A stretch of 38,416 nucleotides of DNA from an uncultured delta proteobacterium (GTDB lineage Bacteria > Desulfobacterota > WTBG01 > CAIYCZ01), in NCBI GenBank assembly GCA_963803975.1, contig CAWDOY010000056.1, positions 1 through 38,416 on the forward strand, given 5' to 3'. A model generated the notes under the pieces. It saw only the letters and a list, made by a program, of their open reading frames with translations. It made no database searches and was not told where the DNA came from. The position numbers and the translations under genes are program-made. Shown here piece after piece: positions 32,122 through 38,416 of the stretch (position 1 is the first letter of the stretch; the number at the start of each line of letters is the position of its first letter).

Positions 32122-33125
32122 TCATCTCAACATAAACAACAACATAAGATTTGCAACATACCCTACCAGTATCCCGATTGAATCCCATGCTAAAAATAAG
32201 GGCCGTTTCTCTGCCCGGTAGGTCAATCCAATAATTGCGATAGCAGTCATGACTATAGCAGATATGGCAGAAATCACATGTGCAGAATCAACAAAGGAAA
32301 GGATAGGTCCCTTGGCAAAGAAGAAGTCAAAAACGCCGAGGGCAAAAATGTTAAAGATATTGCTTCCAAATAAATTACCTATTGCCAGGTCTATCGCTCC
32401 CATCCGTGACCGCAGAAATCGAGACGGTGAGTTCCGGGAGGGTTGTGGAGAAGGCAATAAAGATATTCCCCACAAAGGTCTGCCCAAGACCGGTGGTTTC
32501 CGCCAGACCTTCACCAATCTTCGGAAGAAAAACAGCTGCAACGATAACAATTGCAGCGTTAATAATATATTTGGAAACAGCGGTCTTCGTCGAAATGCTT
32601 TCGTATTTCAGTTCTACTGCCTGTTCTTTTATAAACTCAGCAACCACTTGCCTTCTTTCATAAGAATAGATCAGTTTCATAGCTATAAAATATATAATCA
32701 CAAACAACAAACTGTACGGGCCGATCCACCCGAACGAAAAAAGACGATTCCCAAGAAACAAGCTTAAAGCAACAATACCCAGAAGAAGCACTCCAAAAGC
32801 CGCTGAAAGGACATGGCCATGATGAGCCTTTGCGGATATCGGCATCGGCCTGTAAAAAACATCAAGCAAGGCAAGTGTGAGCATATTGAAAACACAGGCA
32901 CCAAGCACATTGCCTACGGCAATATTCGGAACGATCTGCATAAGTGACAGAGCTTATCCCGGTAACGAACTCCGGCAGGGATGTAACAAACCCCATGAGA
33001 ACAACGCCAATCCATGCGCCGCCAAGACCCGTCTTTTCAGCAATTATATCGCCATACTTCGAAAGCTTTGAGCCTGAATAGATGATTACCAATGAACAGA
33101 TGATAAATCCAAGCCAGAGAAGCAT
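32122..33125 (-). CDS. Na+/Ca2+ (CaCA, YrbG-like) antiporter, indels
   Basis: Duplicated alpha motifs TSLPEF...[10 protein letters not shown] and TTLPEL...[10 protein letters not shown] over three ORF pieces. Confidence 0.88.
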
Positions 33126-33224
33126 TATTTTACACCCTTATTTAGCCGCTTTATGAATTTCTCAATCTCCCACAGCAAACAACACTACAGATGAAAATGC
33201 GAGTGTAAGTATTAATTCGTTCAA
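33125..33224 (-). pseudogene. Orphan C-terminal tail of a cation-transporting P-type ATPase
   Basis: LNELILTLAFSSVVLFAV(E)[13 protein letters not shown], closely similar to the ATPase tail at 38246-38416; TAATG overlap with the antiporter start. Confidence 0.7.
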
Positions 33225-33334
33225 GGATCAATTGAAAACGTAGCGAAAATTGGGGTAGTCCTTGCCGACCTTCGAGACAATGAAAACCAAGATAAAGGCA
33301 GCCTTCGCTTAATCATCCTGTCTGCGCGATCTGC

Positions 33335-33529
33335 TTATTTTTTGCCTTGCTTCGCGATCCAGTTCAAGGTTAAAATCGTGATGATGCACCCCAAGAACAA
33401 TGACAACCAAAGCGCCGGGGTCTCATGCGTGAAGGATATCTTGTCGAGCAGCATCCACAAGCTTCTAAAGATAAGCACGCTCGCGATGATCAAAGCCATT
33501 TCCGAAAAAACCAGCTTTTTGTTTTTCAT
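33335..33529 (-). CDS. Small two-TM membrane protein
   Basis: 64 aa with two hydrophobic helices (LIIASVLIFRSLWMLLD). Confidence 0.65.
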   Translation of the reverse strand: MKNKKLVFSEMALIIASVLIFRSLWMLLDKISFTHETPALWLSLFLGCIITILTLNWIAKQGKK

Positions 33530-34261
33530 GGAAACACCTGACTTTCTCTTTCTGTTTTAACGGACACGACCACTCCATCAAAAAACGGGGCTTTGAGGGG
33601 GCGCACGGTACTATCCCGCTTGTCATGAATGCTTCCCCGCACTGGATTGCATTTTTTGTCCGGAAGCGCTTGAAGACGCGCCATCGCTATGGGACCTTTA
33701 CACATTGGTAAGCCCCAAAGTCCGTCGTGCCAATGATCTCAAGGGTCCGTTTCAACTTTTCGCGAGCGTAACTCGGCTTCTTTCGAGGCCTGCCTGCTCC
33801 ATCGCTTGAACGTGAATGGCCTCAATACACCACAGGAACTCGTTTTTGGATAAAGGAAATATAGGACGGGGGCGATTGTGTGTCAACGAAATTTCTGCCG
33901 CAAGATATGGAAACGTCCTCCCCGAACTAAATCGCTTTCTTAGAATGGCAACTCGGGCAAAACCATCGTCCATTGCATGAGAAAGCCAAAGATATTCATG
34001 CCGGCACTCAGTGTTAAGAAATACAAAGGCCAGCAGGGACACCTGCCTATGAAAACAGTAAATTATATCGATGCCAAAGGGTGCCATAACATGCTTAATG
34101 TAGCGGCGATAAAGGAAACGATCAGCGGCTGGCGCAGCTTCACTGCCACGGCGCCAAAAAGCGCCGCGGCGACATCCTGCAAAAAGACATTATCGAACAT
34201 CGGCATCGTTCTTGTTCACGCTATGTTCCTCGGTAACGAATTTGAGCCTCGGGTACATCGG

Positions 34262-34432
34262 GTTACCTGAAGCAGTGCCGATAACAGAGACAAGAAGCAT
34301 GGGGCCTTTTCCCGCAAACCAGGCAACTAAAAAAACCGGCAGCAAATAAAATATCGAGGAAGAGACTTCATGACCCGTAAAGTAATCGATAACACCAAGG
34401 ACTATGCACAGGCTGATAGTCAAGACCATCAT
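34262..34432 (-). pseudogene. Truncated membrane sensor N-terminus (DUF4118-like)
   Basis: IDYFTGHEVSSSIFYLLPVFLVAWFAG followed by an abrupt change to unrelated sequence. Confidence 0.55.
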
Positions 34433-34502
34433 GATTTTGGTTGCCGGCTGAAATATTCCATTTTTTCCGTCAACATGTGTCTCGTTTAATAGGGCGTGGT
34501 CC

Positions 34503-34904
34503 TTATTCTTTGTTTGGTTTTCTCGTTAAAAAATAGTATCCGGTTGAGAGAGCGATGATAATGGTGCCTATTCCTATTAAGGTGAGACTCGAAACCTCGT
34601 TTATATCCAGAATGATGACCTTTCGGGCGATGGCGATCATGGCAACCGTGAACACGACTTCAACATGCACCGTCTTTTTGGTGAGATACATTTTTACGGT
34701 CTCCAATAACTCAACCCCTATTAACACCAATAAAAACATGCCAAATACTTCCAACAGTTCATCAATATCGAGCAGAAATACAGGGGGGTGATAATGTCTT
34801 TTATGATAATCCATCCCAATTCCACGGTGGAAAGAACACAACCAGTACCATCATAACCAGACCGATAAGACTTTCACTCTTTCAACTTTCGCCGGGTATT
34901 TCAT
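34503..34904 (-). CDS. Phosphate-starvation-inducible PsiE family membrane protein (indels at 5' end)
   Basis: FGMFLLVLIGVELLETVKMYL...VAMIAIARKVIILD. Confidence 0.82.
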
Positions 34905-35189
34905 GTACGCTCATTTGTGTACGGGATTATTCACAGTACCCGTTGTAACGAACAATTATTGAGACAAGTTTAGAAATAGGCTCTCAACACATACTCCAGC
35001 ATCATTCTCTGCGTATTGAAGAATGAACCGTTCAGGGCAATCGAAGAGCGCATCACATCGATGAACCGATCCCTGTCGTGATAGAAAAGGGGACAAACAC
35101 ACCTCCCAGTTTATCATAAAGAGATACGGCATCCCTTGACCAATCGCCGCTGGCTTCCGTTCCCCTGCCGGCCTGACCAATGGCCCATC

Positions 35190-35516
35190 CGGTAAAGCCG
35201 CCGATGTCTTGACCGCATAATCGGCCACCACATCATTAAACTGGCCAACCAGTCCCTGGTCTGAACCGAACACGACCGCACCGCACCAGCAACTGTTTGT
35301 CTTTCCTGTTCTGCAATCAAAGGGGGCCAGCCCGCTTGCACGGAAGCAAGCGCCCAACCCCAGCCCCACAGTGCAATAGTAGTCTGCCAACGTGCTCATC
35401 GATTTCTCATATTGTCCGATGCTCGAGGCGGCCACGGCTTTCATCGTGCGGACAACGGATTGGAGATCACCGGCTCCGCCGATCTTTCGGCGCAGACTCG
35501 CCGTGGTGTCGCTCAT
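35190..35516 (-). pseudogene. atpG: Truncated F1 gamma subunit of the alternate (N-type) ATPase
   Basis: LRRKIGGAGDLQSVVRTMKAVAA...GAVVFGSDQGLVGQFND; similarity ends after about 108 aa. Confidence 0.8.
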
Positions 35517-35890
35517 GACCCCTCCTCGGGTTCAGGCTCGGGTGGGGATGGGTCAGGGTCAGTCATGCGTCTCTCTTGATCGCGCAGCCGCCCGAGGGTG
35601 CTCTCAATCATTCTAATCAACTTGTCCGCGGCACCGTCGACGGCTTCGTCCAGGGTCATGGCCTGGTGAGTGACCGAGATAGGCTGGCGGCCTTCGAGGC
35701 GGGCTTCAATCATGCAGCGTATGTCGTCATTGCCGCCCTTCTTGTCGCTGTTCTCATCGCTCAGGTGGACTTCCACTCGTGTGATGTGATCGCTGACTTT
35801 GCTCAGGGAACTCTCCACTACGCCACTGACCTGATGGGCCAGCGCCTCGTGACCTTCGATGTTATGGTCGGTATTGATTTGGATCTGCAT
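35513..35890 (-). CDS. HPF/RaiA family ribosome-associated protein
   Basis: MQIQINTDHNIEG...ITRVEVHLSDEN...RCMIEARLEG; AGGAG RBS. Confidence 0.88.
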   Translation of the reverse strand: MQIQINTDHNIEGHEALAHQVSGVVESSLSKVSDHITRVEVHLSDENSDKKGGNDDIRCMIEARLEGRQPISVTHQAMTLDEAVDGAADKLIRMIESTLGRLRDQERRMTDPDPSPPEPEPEEGS

Positions 35891-36043
35891 AGTATTCTCC
35901 TGTTGTGATTGTGGTTGGTTCAATGCCTGTAAATGGCAGCCAGTCCCGTCCGCATCAATTCCTCAAGGACGGTTTCTGAACGAGAGGCCGGGCCGATTGT
36001 GCATACGATCTTGGTTTTGTGACCGGGTAATTTCACTTCCACG

Positions 36044-37159
36044 CTATTTCCCCTTTATCTGCACATACTGTGCAATGCCGTTTCTCGTAATGAGACCTAT
36101 GATCCTTCCATTCTTTGTCACCGCAATCCTGCCTTTGTCCTCTGTTATCATGAGTTCAAGGGCCTTCATTATGTCCTCTTCGGGTGCTACCTCCCACCTT
36201 GTGTTATGGGGCACAAAAACATCGGAGACCTTCACCTTTGACCAATTCTCTCTGGGAGCTTCCTTGATCTCCTTTAAGGTCACGATACCGAGAAATCTCT
36301 CGCCCTCAATAACGGGGAATCCGCCGTATCCGTACCTGAGAAAATAAGCGTTTACGGCCTCATCGAGTGAAATCAACGGGCTGAGCGACACGATGTCCTT
36401 CACCATGATGTCCTTTACCTTAATGCCCGACAGGCTTTCCTGAAGGGTAGACTGCTGATAGCTCGCCTGTGCGGCGGTATACAGAAACCACCCTATGAGC
36501 ATCAGCCACACTCCACCAGGCATGCGGGTAAATAGTCGAGAGTATTCCAAGAAAGACAAAGAACAGCGCGATCTTCCGCCCTATACTCGATGCCTTCTGT
36601 GTTGCGTAATAGAAATTCTTTGTCTTACTCCATATTGCTGACCTCAACACCCTTCCGCCGTCCATCGGGAAACCCGGAATGAGATTGAACAGCGCGATGA
36701 TGAAATTTATCTGCGCAACATAGGAAAAGAAGGGCCTTTATCCCGCCTACGGCATTCATCGATAGAACAAAGAAAAGAACCGAAAGAAAGAGGCTCGAAA
36801 GAGGTCCGGCTATGGCGATCCTGAATTCCGCCTTCGGGTGCGGCGGCTCACTCTTCATCTGCGCAACCCCACCGAAAACGAAGAGGGTTATACTTTCGAT
36901 GGATATTTTGTACTGCTGGGCAACGAAGGAGTGTGCCAGTTCATGGAAGAGCCACCGATGCAAAGAGCAGGAGTGCCGCAAGGACGCCCTTCACCCAGTA
37001 TGCGGTGGCGGGAAGATCTGGTGCAGCTTTAGGGAAGTAGAGGGTGGATAGCGACCAGGTGATCAAACCGAAGATAATGAGCCACGAAAAATGCACCCGT
37101 ATAGGAATGCCTATTACCTTCCCGATGTTCCATGCACCTTGTGATAATGTTCCGTTCAT
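36044..37159 (-). CDS. Site-2 (M50) metalloprotease with CBS pair, indels
   Basis: GIPIRVHFSW, HELAH, LFVFGGVA, IAIAGP, and C-terminal CBS domains. Confidence 0.9.
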
Positions 37160-37171
37160 GTCACTCTCCTT

Positions 37172-38200
37172 TCAGCCTATTGTCTTTATACTGCAAGGCA
37201 AGTATATTATTACCTCTGTGCCTGTTCCCTGTTTGCTCTCTATTCGTATGGTTCCCTTGTGCCCCTTGATAATTTTCTTTGCTATCGGCATTCCAAGGCC
37301 GGTTCCTTCTCTCTTTTTTGAATAGAATGGGACAAAAATGTTTTCAAGTGTTTCCCTATCGATGCCTGCACCGTGATCGGTTATGCTAATATTCAGGCGT
37401 TTCTTTGCAGCCTTTGTTGTAATATCAACTTGCTGTCCCTTACCAGAGGCTTCAATGGCGTTGTTGATAATATTAATAAGCGCCCTCTGCATTTGGAATC
37501 CGTCTACTTCAGTATCGGCTGGGTTATTGGGGTTATCAATTGATAGGGTTACACCTTTCTTTTCAGCCTTTTCTTTGCAGGAATCACATGCCCGATTGAC
37601 AATGCTTTGGATACCTTCCTCTCTCAATTCCAATTGAATCGGTTTTGCAAAATCAAGCACACTATAGACTGTCTTTTGCATATTCTGAGATGAATCAATG
37701 ATCGCCTTTGAAGCGGTATCTATGTCGCCTTTTCCCTCACGAATACGTCTTGCAAAGCCGAGAATTGTAATAAGGGGATTCTTCAGATCGTGAACGATAG
37801 TAGTCGCAACCCGTCCTATGCTTACGAGATACTGTTCTCGTTCAATCTGTTGTCCCTTTTTCTTTTCTCTTTCTATAAAAAAGACAGCAGCAAATGTAAA
37901 TATTCCTGAAAATAACAGATGAAGCAACCTGTCCGCCACTGCTAAGGAAGAGGTCGTCCAACCACCGAAAAAGAAAGGGAGATACAGCAAAGAAACAATC
38001 ACATACGTTAAAAGCGCGCCCTTCAAGCCGAACCAGAGCGCTCCAAGGACAAGGGGAATATAGTAAAGTTCTTCAAAGACAACAAGAGAAGAATAATTCG
38101 CAAATACAAGAAAGTGCAGTACTGTAATAAAAATCGCTATTGTGGCTATGAGAATCAAATGTCGTTTTTCTTTCATCCACGTCACCTTATCCATTTCCAC
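37172..38200 (-). CDS. Membrane sensor histidine kinase
   Basis: TM region, VHDLKNPL (H box), NIINNAIEA, DHGAGI, GTGLG. Confidence 0.95.
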   Translation of the reverse strand: MEMDKVTWMKEKRHLILIATIAIFITVLHFLVFANYSSLVVFEELYYIPLVLGALWFGLKGALLTYVIVSLLYLPFFFGGWTTSSLAVADRLLHLLFSGIFTFAAVFFIEREKKKGQQIEREQYLVSIGRVATTIVHDLKNPLITILGFARRIREGKGDIDTASKAIIDSSQNMQKTVYSVLDFAKPIQLELREEGIQSIVNRACDSCKEKAEKKGVTLSIDNPNNPADTEVDGFQMQRALINIINNAIEASGKGQQVDITTKAAKKRLNISITDHGAGIDRETLENIFVPFYSKKREGTGLGMPIAKKIIKGHKGTIRIESKQGTGTEVIIYLPCSIKTIG

Positions 38201-38245
38201 CTCTTCCTGTTTTTCGCCAGCGCGGGAATTAATCTCGCCGTCCCG

Positions 38246-38416
38246 TTAATCCTCATTATTACTCCACCTGATCTGCCGCCGTCTTATGAATTTCTCAACC
38301 TCCACGGCAAAAAATACTACGGATGACACTGCGAGCGTAATCATCAATTCATTTAAAGTCAAAGGCTCTGTCTTGAATATGGGATTCAATGCCGGCACAT
38401 AGATGGTTGCCATCTG
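38246..38416 (-). CDS. C-terminus of a cation-transporting (Ca2+-type) P-type ATPase, runs off the window
   Basis: [46 protein letters not shown]...*. Confidence 0.85.
   Translation of the reverse strand, partial: QMATIYVPALNPIFKTEPLTLNELMITLAVSSVVFFAVEVEKFIRRRQIRWSNNED

Noticed and set aside
33680..34260. Minus-strand reading starting MYPRLK, reminiscent of type III Mod methyltransferases
   Set aside because: Similarity is limited to six residues with no DPPY or FxGxG motif; left as unassigned, possibly degraded coding sequence.

Overview
Bacterial genomic window, probably from an anaerobic Deltaproteobacterium/Desulfobacterota-like organism (inferred from gene content and repeat types). 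Many genes are split by single-base indels that look like long-read or assembly errors. The left half (1-16.8 kb) is a sulfur-trafficking and Met/Cys biosynthesis region: tpx, a membrane polyferredoxin, a rhodanese-YdjY lipoprotein, a four-domain YnjE-like sulfurtransferase, a YjiL/YjiM-like activase and double-cubane pair, yedF, and an Rrf2-yezD-metY-cysK-metX-metW operon. Two hidden elements stand out, neither in the ORF track. (1) A 34-codon Met/Cys-rich leader peptide (core MMCSMCMCMC) with mutually exclusive antiterminator and intrinsic terminator hairpins lies in front of yezD-metY-cysK-metX-metW, suggesting a dual Met+Cys ribosome-mediated attenuator. (2) A non-canonical 95-nt tRNA has a tRNA-Sec-like 8/4 fold but a Cys anticodon (GCA) and U73 (selC*-like), with its own promoter. 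The middle (17-30.5 kb) carries msrAB, a permuted TrxB-like/polyferredoxin fusion, an ArsS/TIGR04282/DUF547/glycosyltransferase cluster and a putative porin. The right end (30.5-38.4 kb) is a mosaic of remnants (IS end, 5' part of a group II intron, truncated atpG, orphan P-type ATPase tail) plus ion-transport and signalling genes.
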